The notes beneath the pieces were generated by a model, which saw only the letters and a program-made list of their open reading frames with translations, searched no databases and was not told the DNA's origin. This document shows positions 27,408 to 36,599 of a DNA stretch of 64,000 bases, piece after piece. Numbering within the stretch: position 1 is the first letter of the stretch; each line of letters begins with the position of its first letter. Source of the stretch: a virus; the IMG/VR virus record IMGVR_UViG_3300042462_000689; one strand, given 5' to 3'. The position numbers were made by a program, and so were the translations under genes.

Positions 27408-28345
27408 AAGCCGACCGCATCAATCAAATGTGCCGGATATTGCCCGCACCGGAAGAGGACATCGTTCGCGACAACTTCCGCATCCGTGCCGCGGATACGC
27501 AGGTGGGCATTACGGACCCGGAGATTGGTCGGTTCGCCACTGCCTACAAGGATCTGTCTTTCGGCTGGAACTTCGCCAGGACCATGGCGTTCAACCGACG
27601 ACCCATGCAGGTGCCATTGAACGGACGGGATGAATGGGTGTGGCGGGCCTACCTCTACGCCATCAATCCGATCAAATACAAGGACAAGGCATTGGCCGAA
27701 GCCATCACATGGATGGGTGCCGATTACGCCAAGGAGCGGTCCGTCGCAAATGCGCTGCTGGTCTCGGGCGATATGGATTTGGACAAGATCGCCAAAGTGC
27801 TGAACAAAAAGCAGGAGGTAATTTCCGCTTACGAGATCCTCTTCTTCAACATCTGGGATCGGAAGGCGGACGAATTATTCCTCAGTTCGATCATTTACCC
27901 GAACGGTCGCGCGGTGGAATTCTTCAATGGCTACACCACCAACGAGGGGCTCGACGTGCAATTGCTCCGGGCTGGCTTCAACAATGGCGCGGCGCATGTA
28001 TTGCATCTGGCCGGCTTCTCCTCCCAGCTCGTGACCAAATACCTCAGTGCCGATACCGTGCAGCGGTTGGAATCTTTCGTCATGGCCAACGGGCTCATCC
28101 TCGCGATGAACGGCTGGCTCAACCAGGGGCCCGAGGCCGGGCATGGGGTCAATTCAGCCCTGCGGCTTATCTCGGCCGCCAAGGCAGGCGGGCAGGATGA
28201 GAAGGCCTCTCCGTTCCAGAACTCGGGCGGTCAGGTGCTCATGGCGGAAATGCAGCGGGTCAAAGCCGCAGCCCACGCCAAGCGCACCACGGAGTTCTAC
28301 CGCGGGAAGCCGACGATGGAAGTGTCTGGGGCTGGGGTGAACTGA
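27404..28345 (+). CDS. hypothetical protein with HTH-like segment (313 aa)
   Basis: Start reassigned to ATG 27404; DLDKIAKVLNKKQEVISAYE is HTH-like. Confidence 0.65.
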   Translation: MKADRINQMCRILPAPEEDIVRDNFRIRAADTQVGITDPEIGRFATAYKDLSFGWNFARTMAFNRRPMQVPLNGRDEWVWRAYLYAINPIKYKDKALAEAITWMGADYAKERSVANALLVSGDMDLDKIAKVLNKKQEVISAYEILFFNIWDRKADELFLSSIIYPNGRAVEFFNGYTTNEGLDVQLLRAGFNNGAAHVLHLAGFSSQLVTKYLSADTVQRLESFVMANGLILAMNGWLNQGPEAGHGVNSALRLISAAKAGGQDEKASPFQNSGGQVLMAEMQRVKAAAHAKRTTEFYRGKPTMEVSGAGVN

Positions 28346-28389
28346 TTTGGAATCGACTTGCTCTCTCTCTCGTTTAGACTGACGGGAGT

Positions 28390-28902
28390 ATGAATCCTCG
28401 TCTTTTTGGTGCGTATCTCTCCACAGTCAAATCAGCTGATATGTCTTCGAGACTCGAAGCCGCCGGGTCCAATATCGCGCGACATGCGGGAGGAAATGCC
28501 TTGGGCGGCGCTGCTGTGGGTCTGGGTGTGGGCCTCAACCGTATTGCGCGCAAGGGTTACGCAAATATGGATACAAAAGAAATCCTGTTGCATCTTCTGG
28601 CGCTGCCGGTCGCCGGGGCAGGGATTGGTTCCGTGACAGGTGCGGGACTGTCGGGTTTGCATGGTTTGATCCTCCCAAAGCAGGTGATGCAGGATTTACG
28701 CGAAGAGCAGGAAAGTAAAAAGAAGGCGTCCATCAGCCCGCGTCTTTTCGGCGCCTACCTTTCCACTGTCAAATCGGCTCATCAAGGTATTTCCTCCGGG
28801 CATGCAATTAAACAGGATGAGGAAAAGGCGCGGCGCGCGAAGCTCAAGAAAGTGGCATCCATCAACCCCCGCATCTTCGGCGCATTGATCGCGCAGCTCT
28901 GA
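28390..28902 (+). CDS. NPRLFGA-tagged cargo protein 3 (three tag copies)
   Basis: MNPRLFGAYLSTVKSA...KKASISPRLFGAYLSTVKSA...KKVASINPRIFGALIAQL*; upstream TCGACT-N16-TAGACT promoter-like sequence (28353-28380). Confidence 0.8.
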   Translation: MNPRLFGAYLSTVKSADMSSRLEAAGSNIARHAGGNALGGAAVGLGVGLNRIARKGYANMDTKEILLHLLALPVAGAGIGSVTGAGLSGLHGLILPKQVMQDLREEQESKKKASISPRLFGAYLSTVKSAHQGISSGHAIKQDEEKARRAKLKKVASINPRIFGALIAQL

Positions 28903-28917
28903 TTTGAAATACCAGCA

Positions 28918-30171
28918 ATGATGACGCCCGGCATATTGGGAGCACGGATGAGCATGGTGAAGCTGGCTGCTCCGGCTCTGCCTTCTGTCTCTTCACCACC
29001 AGCAGGACGGTCCGCATTCAAATGGCCAAAATCAATCGGTGACGTATGGGACCGCGTGACAGGTAAGACTCCACCACCCTCATTCCTTACGGGACCAAGT
29101 CAATTACCACAGCCTCCCACACCCACCCCACCACCGCCAACAAGTCAGGTGGTAGGCGGTGGTTTTAGGGCAGGCGTCGCGCCGCAAGCAACAGGCGCCC
29201 CCGCTGTGAAGCCAATTCCCTCCGCATTTGCCGGGCCTACGCTGTCCTCCGTGACCCCAGCATATTACAAGCAACCGTATTACGGAAATAACCTGCAAAG
29301 CGAAATGGAAAAGGCGCATGCCTACAATACAGCATCCGGTTTGCCAGGAGATCAAAATAAATGGACGCAGCCGGTGCCGGTGTTGCGCAATGATGCGGAT
29401 GCCGCAGTTTTCGGGCCACATTACGACCCGCTCGCTGACAGCGTCCACATGTGGGGTTCGGACGAGAGACGGAAGTTTACAGACAGCGTCCTCAAGGATC
29501 CAGAGGGTCTACGAGATTCGAACATGACAGCCAGGCAGGCGGCTAAATCGTTAATGGATGATGAGGATTCGCTGAAGCATGAGGCGTATCACGGAGCGCT
29601 TGCAAGTCCGCCGGGTACCGGGGTGGATGCTTACGACACTGCAGCTTTACGCCTGGAGCATCCAGACAAATATGTCCCCACGTATGCGACCCCATATCCT
29701 GATCAGCCGCGCATGGGAAGTGGGCTGCATTGGTCGAGGCGTCCTTCTGGAGAACGTCCGGTGCATTTCCGCGAGACGCTGAAGCAACAGAACAAATTGC
29801 CTGTGTATGGCAACCTGCATCATGATGTGCACTCTGCCGAGATGCGGGATTACATGTCGCAATTGCAGGAGCATCAATACCAGAACACCGGGAAGCGATT
29901 TGAAAGCCCGCAGGATTACGACAAGTTTTTACAGGGAGTAAATCCCACGCAACCCGATGAGTCGCAATTCGAGAAGGGGATTCAGCAATACCCACTGGAT
30001 GCCCAGCGCATGTTCCGGCAGATGCGCAAAACAAATCAGCGCAGCCCGGAAATCTACGACAACATCCGTAACTGGCAGCGCACTGTGGTTCCGGGCATTG
30101 TGCAGAACGGACAGGAGATCAACAAGACTGCCTCATTGCGGGAACTGGCCCGTCGGTTGGCAAAGCGCTGA
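28918..30171 (+). CDS. putative zinc metallopeptidase-like cargo protein (HExxH)
   Basis: KHEAYHG at 29575-29595; N-terminus MTPGILGARMSMVKLAA resembles the tag; C-terminal NKTASL. Confidence 0.6.
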   Translation: MMTPGILGARMSMVKLAAPALPSVSSPPAGRSAFKWPKSIGDVWDRVTGKTPPPSFLTGPSQLPQPPTPTPPPPTSQVVGGGFRAGVAPQATGAPAVKPIPSAFAGPTLSSVTPAYYKQPYYGNNLQSEMEKAHAYNTASGLPGDQNKWTQPVPVLRNDADAAVFGPHYDPLADSVHMWGSDERRKFTDSVLKDPEGLRDSNMTARQAAKSLMDDEDSLKHEAYHGALASPPGTGVDAYDTAALRLEHPDKYVPTYATPYPDQPRMGSGLHWSRRPSGERPVHFRETLKQQNKLPVYGNLHHDVHSAEMRDYMSQLQEHQYQNTGKRFESPQDYDKFLQGVNPTQPDESQFEKGIQQYPLDAQRMFRQMRKTNQRSPEIYDNIRNWQRTVVPGIVQNGQEINKTASLRELARRLAKR

Positions 30172-30186
30172 TTTCGCAACGCAGGC

Positions 30187-30215
30187 TTGCGACCGCCGCA
30201 CAAATCGTTCAGCAT
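30187..30215 (+). promoter_or_regulatory. sigma70-like promoter, leaderless geometry
   Basis: TTGCGA(30187-30192)-N17-CAGCAT(30210-30215)-N6-ATG(30222). Confidence 0.55.
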
Positions 30216-30221
30216 TCCCAT

Positions 30222-31727
30222 ATGTCACCAAGTCGCGTGCTCGAAGTCATTGAAAGCCTCCTGCCTCAGATTCAGAAATCTGCCAGCGCCGAGGACATCC
30301 TCATCAATTACGCACGGGAGAACAATCTCGCCCCTGAGCAGCTCACGAAGATGGCGATGACTTTGAATACGGCGCGCTCCGTGGCCTGGATGGACAACAA
30401 CCCCGATCAGCGCGGCGCTTCAATTCCCCTCATCGATACCGTGAAGCTGGCCTCGGACTACGGCACCTACAAGGCTCCGGCGGCGGCCAAGGACAAGAAG
30501 CCCGACACCAAGCCGGCGGAGCACAAACCAATTCCCCGTTTCATGTCCGGCGCGACCGGCAAGAAGCCCCTAAACAATCCGGTTGAGAAGATGGCATTTG
30601 CGGAGCCCGCAGCAAAGCCCCCGACTCCCGGCGAAAAGGCCGCCGCCCTCATTGCTGCCCGCCGCGTCACGGAAATCAATGTCGCCCGGCTGGGTGATTT
30701 GCAGGAGGACCAGAGCGCACTGTATCGCACTGCGGTGACCAAGCTCGCCAAATACATCGGCGCCAACAAGCCCTTCTTCGCCCAAATGGAAGAGGACGTC
30801 TCGCAATTGGCAGACGCCGAGGGGCAGATGATTTTCAAAGCGGCAGTCAAGCAGGCCACAGCGCATGTCTCGGTGCAATTGACGCCCTGGACGAAGGTGG
30901 CTACCAAGCGCAGCCTGCTCCACGATCGCACCAATGTCCTGCCGCTCATCAAGACGGCCGCCGATGCCCTACAATTGCACAATGCCTATGCGCTGCTCGC
31001 CAAGCAGGAGACGGAGGAGTTTGAGAAGCTGGCATTTACCAGAGAGCCGCAGGTCCCAGATGTGGATGATACGGGAGAGCGGGACGATGCAGCACCTGCC
31101 GCGGACTGGACCCAGACGGAACAGAGTCCTGCTGCTTCGATAGGTGGTCGCGTGGAAACCATGCAGCAGCAAGCCCAGCGCACCCGACAGCAGAACACCC
31201 GACAGCCCGAGCGCGATGCGCCCACCCCTAGAAACAGCCGACAGCCCGAGCGCGATGCGCCCACCCCTAGAGGGTCGGCGAAGAAGGACACGGCCAGCCA
31301 AATCATCGACGCCATCAATGACTTCATCCCCAAGGGGAGCGTTGGCAAGACGGTCGGTGCAATGCCCGGCATCCTCGACAAGATGAAGGCCACCGGCGAC
31401 AGCAAATATGCACCCAAGTTTCGCCAGAAGGGAATTGACCATGCCGTCCGGGATGTGAGCTTCGTGTCCAACCTGCAGCGCCTGATCATGACCGACCCGA
31501 TTCTCGGGGAGGCCGATCCGCAGCATCTCGTGGACCTCGCCAATGATTTGCAGAAGGGCGACCCGCGCATTGCGCACAATCCCAATCAGCTACGCTTCGC
31601 CCTGCGTGAGGCGCTGCAATACGGCGGTGTGCCCATCCAGACACATAAGACGCTCGCCGATATCGACAAATCCCATTCGCAGGCCGAAGAGACCCGAGCC
31701 AGAACTGAAGACGCTCGCTACGCCTAA
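30222..31727 (+). CDS. head-module protein with K-x-A motifs
   Basis: 501 aa; QKSAS, VKLAS, EKMAF, EKLAF; located in the head cluster. Confidence 0.75.
   Translation: MSPSRVLEVIESLLPQIQKSASAEDILINYARENNLAPEQLTKMAMTLNTARSVAWMDNNPDQRGASIPLIDTVKLASDYGTYKAPAAAKDKKPDTKPAEHKPIPRFMSGATGKKPLNNPVEKMAFAEPAAKPPTPGEKAAALIAARRVTEINVARLGDLQEDQSALYRTAVTKLAKYIGANKPFFAQMEEDVSQLADAEGQMIFKAAVKQATAHVSVQLTPWTKVATKRSLLHDRTNVLPLIKTAADALQLHNAYALLAKQETEEFEKLAFTREPQVPDVDDTGERDDAAPAADWTQTEQSPAASIGGRVETMQQQAQRTRQQNTRQPERDAPTPRNSRQPERDAPTPRGSAKKDTASQIIDAINDFIPKGSVGKTVGAMPGILDKMKATGDSKYAPKFRQKGIDHAVRDVSFVSNLQRLIMTDPILGEADPQHLVDLANDLQKGDPRIAHNPNQLRFALREALQYGGVPIQTHKTLADIDKSHSQAEETRARTEDARYA
31199..31271 (+). repeat. 34-bp duplication with 39-bp period (RQPERDAPTPR x2)
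   Basis: ccgacagcccgagcgcgatgcgcccacccctaga at 31199-31232 and 31238-31271. Confidence 0.9.
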
Positions 31728-31733
31728 TTCACC

Positions 31734-32105
31734 ATGATCCTCGACACCAAAGTAACGCTGGAAAAAGGGACCTACCACGCGCAGATCGGACTCAATCCCG
31801 CGGACGACGCATTGAGCACCGCCGAAAAGGAAGCCCTCGAACAATTCGGAGAGCCCACCATCGCATGTGGGGGAGTGTTCGGTTCGGGTGGCACCACTTT
31901 TACGCTTGCGGCCAATGACCTTCGCTTCCCCTCTCAATTCCCGGTGAAGCACACGTTTTCAATTGCCGACGATGAGCAGGCCAATGACTATGCGTTGCTG
32001 TTCAATTCCACACTGACCACGCGCATTACCGCCGGAGTGGCAGGCAAGCGCGGTCTTTCTGCTGGCACTACCGGCCGTAATTCCACCACCATCGCCACCG
32101 ATTAA
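31734..32105 (+). CDS. hypothetical virion-module protein (123 aa)
   Basis: Clean ORF between head genes. Confidence 0.7.
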   Translation: MILDTKVTLEKGTYHAQIGLNPADDALSTAEKEALEQFGEPTIACGGVFGSGGTTFTLAANDLRFPSQFPVKHTFSIADDEQANDYALLFNSTLTTRITAGVAGKRGLSAGTTGRNSTTIATD

Positions 32106-32115
32106 CATTTTTCCA

Positions 32116-33267
32116 ATGGCACCAACTGAAATCAATTCCCTGTTCATCAAAGCCGCCAGCGCCGTCCTTGCCCATTGCACTGCAGCGGCTGCGGAGCACG
32201 GCGTAAAAGTCGGTGAAGCGCGTGAGCTTCCCTTTGCGGATTCAATTGCCGAACGGCACCGCCTCATTTCCGTCGGCGTCAAACATGCTGGGTGGATGGA
32301 CTCCCTCAAAAAGAATCTCTCCGATGGTGCAGGTTGGGTGAAGGATAAAGCCACGCAGGTGGGAAACAAGGTCATGGACTCGAAGACCTACGAAGACCCC
32401 GCAGTGCTCGCCGGGCTGGGCTCTGCGGCTGCCGGCGGCATCGGCACCATGATGACCGATCGCCGCCCTGGTGAGGGATTTGGAGGCAAGACGATGCGTG
32501 TCGGACGCAATGCGCTGCTCGCAGGATTGCTTGGCGGAGGCTCTGCCGCAGCGCTGAGCCACGGGGTAGACAAAATCATGAATGCGCTGCCCAAGAATGA
32601 CAAATCCCCAGGATCGACACTCTTTCATAGTCCGCAAATTAGAGCATTGTTCGGACTCGGAGGCTATGGGTGGACGACACGCAAGACCCCATTCATGAAA
32701 GACCCATTAAGGGATATCGTGCACATCTCGGAAAAGCTCCCCGGCATTCGCCCTGGTGCCAATGGGCTGACTCAGGGAGGTGCAACAGCTAACCCGCAAG
32801 TCTTCGTGGAAGCCAAGCAAAGCATCTTGGACAATTTGAAAGACAAATTAACCGGCAAGGGTCGTGTATTCGCGAAAAGCGAAATGCAGAATCTCGCAGG
32901 TGGGGCATTGGGGCATGATGAAACCCGCGGGCTGCTCGGCAAACTGCGTGGTGCTGGAATCAATTACGGAAAGACGGACTTCGGCCCATTGAAAGACTGG
33001 AGCAAATCTTTGTTCGGGCGCATGCCTGACATCTCCGGAATGAGCGGAGCTAGTGGGGGTGCTGGGGTCATCGGTGCATCTGCCCCATCACTACGTGATG
33101 CACTCAGCGCAGCCACCGAACGCGCCCGCGTTGGAGCGCGCGGCGGATTTGAACGCCTGGCCAAAGGCCGCCTGACCAAAGGCCTGGCAGCCGCTGGCGT
33201 GGGCTATTATCTTCCGGACATATTGGACAAAACCTTCGGTGGTCTTCCCACGCACGTCGCCCCGTAA
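32116..33267 (+). CDS. head-module protein with glycine-zipper segments and K-x-A motifs
   Basis: IKAAS, VKHAG; LAGLGSAAAGGIG and LLAGLLGGGSAAAL helices. Confidence 0.7.
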   Translation: MAPTEINSLFIKAASAVLAHCTAAAAEHGVKVGEARELPFADSIAERHRLISVGVKHAGWMDSLKKNLSDGAGWVKDKATQVGNKVMDSKTYEDPAVLAGLGSAAAGGIGTMMTDRRPGEGFGGKTMRVGRNALLAGLLGGGSAAALSHGVDKIMNALPKNDKSPGSTLFHSPQIRALFGLGGYGWTTRKTPFMKDPLRDIVHISEKLPGIRPGANGLTQGGATANPQVFVEAKQSILDNLKDKLTGKGRVFAKSEMQNLAGGALGHDETRGLLGKLRGAGINYGKTDFGPLKDWSKSLFGRMPDISGMSGASGGAGVIGASAPSLRDALSAATERARVGARGGFERLAKGRLTKGLAAAGVGYYLPDILDKTFGGLPTHVAP

Positions 33268-33273
33268 TTTCAA

Positions 33274-34776
33274 ATGATCAAGACCCACCACCAAGACGAT
33301 CAGGACGCCCTCTTCAAAGCCTGCGGAGGCGTGATGTCCCGCTTTCTGGATTTCGACGCCAGGGTGAAGTCCGCCGCCTCGGAGGTGATGCCGCGCAGCC
33401 TGCTGGAACAATACCGACCGCCGAAGGGATTCTTCGCACAGCATTTGGTGGCAATGGGTGACACCGAGATCTACGGGCAGAACCGCAATGCTGACGGTTG
33501 GTCCAAGGACGCCAACACCAAATACCATCCGACGTTCGTTTCGCATGGCGCCTATTTCCGGGAGCACAACCACGCCAATCGCCGGCTGGCCATCGGCTCC
33601 GTCAAATGCGCCCGCTACAATCCGACGATGTCCCGCATCGAGTTGATCGTTCATGGGGAGATTTCCAAATGCGAGGATATCTACGAGAGCATAAAGAAGG
33701 GCAGTGCCCGCAGCGATTCAATGTCTGCGCGCGTTCCCAATGATCGCTGCAACTGCTGTGGTAATCTCGCCCCCAGTCCGACTGAGTATTGCGATCACGC
33801 CAAGAATCACATGAACCAGTGGATGCCTGAGTTCAACAAGTACGCCTTCGTCTGGAACGACCACCCGACCTTCTTCGACATCAGCGACGTCAAATACCCG
33901 GCGGACCGCACAGCGCATTACCTGCAATACATGTTCCACGGCGACGAGGGCATGAAGAAAGCCGCCAGCGCAAAGCCCCAAATCATCACCGGCACGGATT
34001 GGGCTGCGTTCTATGGACTCAATGAAAACACTGGCGGCCTGCAATTGGGATTTGAGAAGCAGGCGCAATTGCAGCGCATGGCAGAGCACGAGACCTGGCT
34101 CAATGATGCCTTCAAACACACAGACCTGCGTACCCTCTCCGGCAATCCCAAGCTGGCCTACGCCTACGAGATGGGATCCAAACTGCTCGATGGTGAATTG
34201 AGCGATGCCGAGCTGACCACCGTCCGCACCCTGCGCCCCGGCACGTTCTTCGGTGAATTGGCGAAGCGCGCGTCCATCCTTCCCTTCCGCAGTTTCCTGG
34301 CCTACACCACCAACCGTTCAATTGTCGAGGTCAGCAATGACCCCGTCGTCAAATCCGCCTGCTCATTGCTGCCAGATGTGTTCAACCGCCTGCTCAGCGA
34401 TGGCTGCGGCTGCGGTGGAATCAGCCCTGATCTATTTGAGGGCAGCACGCCCGGAGTGACCGGGGTGGATGGTGGAGTGACCGACCCGGTGGAAGGCCTG
34501 CTGGATTCCGCCGAAAAGAAATTTTCAATTGAGGAAGCCCCGGCCCGCCGGCGCATCCTGAAAATCACGATCATCAAATCCGCCAGCGAATTGCCTCAGC
34601 TGCAATTGCTCGCCGCGGTGCCAACTGAATTGAAGTCCGCCGCTGAACGCATGGCAGGTCTCTACGGTCTCTACAAGCTCGCCGCCCTCTCCGCCATCCG
34701 CACCAACCACCCCAAGGGAATTGATGCGAAGCAGGAATTGGCAGTTGCCGCCCACAATAATTTCTGCGCACAGTAA
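33274..34776 (+). CDS. prohead (capsid maturation) protease with Zn-finger-like Cys/His motif
   Basis: NRNADGW, FREHNH, DSMSARV..DRCNCCGN......YCDH resemble large-phage prohead proteases; lies upstream of scaffold and capsid genes; own KSAAS, KKAAS, IKSAS, LKSAA motifs. Confidence 0.7.
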   Translation: MIKTHHQDDQDALFKACGGVMSRFLDFDARVKSAASEVMPRSLLEQYRPPKGFFAQHLVAMGDTEIYGQNRNADGWSKDANTKYHPTFVSHGAYFREHNHANRRLAIGSVKCARYNPTMSRIELIVHGEISKCEDIYESIKKGSARSDSMSARVPNDRCNCCGNLAPSPTEYCDHAKNHMNQWMPEFNKYAFVWNDHPTFFDISDVKYPADRTAHYLQYMFHGDEGMKKAASAKPQIITGTDWAAFYGLNENTGGLQLGFEKQAQLQRMAEHETWLNDAFKHTDLRTLSGNPKLAYAYEMGSKLLDGELSDAELTTVRTLRPGTFFGELAKRASILPFRSFLAYTTNRSIVEVSNDPVVKSACSLLPDVFNRLLSDGCGCGGISPDLFEGSTPGVTGVDGGVTDPVEGLLDSAEKKFSIEEAPARRRILKITIIKSASELPQLQLLAAVPTELKSAAERMAGLYGLYKLAALSAIRTNHPKGIDAKQELAVAAHNNFCAQ

Positions 34777-34828
34777 TCCTTCTTGCAATCAAATCCCAAA
34801 TCACTCAACATCCAATCCAATCAATCCA

Positions 34829-36016
34829 ATGAGCACCGCCATTAAATCCTACGCCGACCTCGTCAAAAACGCTTCTGCGCTTTTGCAGCCCAAATCCGCC
34901 AGCTCCCCAATGGGTGGTGGCACCAATCCGGACTCGGGTCCGACTGATGCCATTTTCTCGGAAGGCAGCGCATCGGCCCCCAAGCAGGACGGCGATGACA
35001 AAAAGAAGCTGATGCTCCCGAGGGATGGCGAGCAGGGCAAAGCGCCGACGGACATTGCGACCAAAGACACCAAGCCTTCGTCGGTTGGCGAGAACGTGCC
35101 TTCGACAACCACACAGCCCGCAATTGACCCGAACCCCGATTTCAATACGAAGAAGCTCGCCGGCAAAGCCGCGGAACTCGCAAAGCGTGCAGCGGCCCTC
35201 ATGAACAAAACCGCAGCGGCCTCCGCAGCCGCCGCTCCGGCCGCCAAGGTCGCCGGCAGTTCCGTGGACAACCTCATCAATCCCCGCGACCCGCAATTCC
35301 ATTTCAAGCTCGCCAGCTTCGTGCTGGAGAATGAGGAAGTGCTCGCCGGTGTGCAGGAAGCCATGGAGCGCAAGCTCGGCGCGGATGAGGCCCTCGGCGC
35401 TATCAAGAACGCCTACGTCGCCCATGCGCAATTCATCGAAGCTGCCGGTCAGCAGGACCAGTGGGAAAAGCAGGCCGCTTACGAGAATGCAATGATCAAG
35501 CAGGCATTTGACCAGCTCTCGCCCGCCGACCAGAAGCAGGCCATCAAATTCGCCAATGCCCATGAGGCGGCGCGCAATGGTCTCAATCCCGAATTGAACG
35601 ACGCCTACAACCAGGGCATCCTCGATGCGGATTTCATTCTCAGCCGCACGACCAAATCGGCCGCCGGTATGCCGCCGGAAGCTGGTATGCCGCCGGAAGC
35701 GGCAGGCCCCGAGGCAATCCCGACCGAGGAATTCCCCGGCGCAGCGGAGCCCGAGGCGCAGGCATCTCCTGAGGAGATCATCGCCGTCCTCGAACAGCTC
35801 GTCCAGGAAGGCAAGATTCCGCTGGAAGAGGCGCAGCAGGTCGTCGAGGCCCTCATGGGCGGTGCTGGTGGCGGTGAAGGCGGCACGCCTCCGCTGGATG
35901 CCGGCGCAGGCGCTGGTGGTCCTCCTCCGACCGAAGGCGACGCTGAAGAGGCCATGGAACCCGAAGGCGAAGAGATCGCCAAAAAGGCCGCAGCCCTCCT
36001 CGGAATCAAACGCTAA
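34829..36016 (+). CDS. scaffold/prohead core-like protein
   Basis: ATG 34829; acidic/Ala/Pro-rich; at least 10 K-x-A-[SAG] motifs; between protease and capsid genes. Confidence 0.65.
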   Translation: MSTAIKSYADLVKNASALLQPKSASSPMGGGTNPDSGPTDAIFSEGSASAPKQDGDDKKKLMLPRDGEQGKAPTDIATKDTKPSSVGENVPSTTTQPAIDPNPDFNTKKLAGKAAELAKRAAALMNKTAAASAAAAPAAKVAGSSVDNLINPRDPQFHFKLASFVLENEEVLAGVQEAMERKLGADEALGAIKNAYVAHAQFIEAAGQQDQWEKQAAYENAMIKQAFDQLSPADQKQAIKFANAHEAARNGLNPELNDAYNQGILDADFILSRTTKSAAGMPPEAGMPPEAAGPEAIPTEEFPGAAEPEAQASPEEIIAVLEQLVQEGKIPLEEAQQVVEALMGGAGGGEGGTPPLDAGAGAGGPPPTEGDAEEAMEPEGEEIAKKAAALLGIKR

Positions 36017-36037
36017 TCCTTTCCATTCACAATCACC

Positions 36038-36559
36038 ATGTCCGACCCGAATACCCAACTACCAGACGAGGAAGTCCGCAACATCGTGGATGAATCCCTC
36101 GGGCAGGTTGCCGAGGTGCTTGGTATGGTGAAAGCCGCCGAGGCCCGCATTGCCGCACAGGACCAGGAATTGACTGGCGTGCGCAATGAATTGTCCGGCG
36201 TCCGCGCCAAGCTGGCGGAAGCCAATGGTCGCGTCATTGAATTGGAGAAGGTGCGGCTGGAGAAGATCGCCAGCGCAAACAATGCGCCGCGGAATGTCTT
36301 CTCGGAGAATGCCATCATCGAAACCGTGGCGGCATTGCAATCCGCCAATCTCTGCTCGCCCGACTTCGCCGTGAAGATGGCAGGCAGCCTCCGTTCCGAT
36401 CCCTCTTACGCCCTCGATGTGCTCCAGCACCTCTCGGCAAATCTTTCGACGAATGCCCCGACAGCGGGACGTTCGGTGAAACGCGCATCCGCGCTGCCCG
36501 TCAATGCCCAGGCCTCCGACAAAGAGGACTGGTCTGAGATGGTCCGCAAAGGTGCGTGA
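36038..36559 (+). CDS. coiled-coil scaffold-like protein
   Basis: Heptad region, EKIAS and VKRAS motifs. Confidence 0.65.
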   Translation: MSDPNTQLPDEEVRNIVDESLGQVAEVLGMVKAAEARIAAQDQELTGVRNELSGVRAKLAEANGRVIELEKVRLEKIASANNAPRNVFSENAIIETVAALQSANLCSPDFAVKMAGSLRSDPSYALDVLQHLSANLSTNAPTAGRSVKRASALPVNAQASDKEDWSEMVRKGA

Positions 36560-36599
36560 GCAGTAAACACAAAACCTAAAACAAGAAGCACAAAACATT

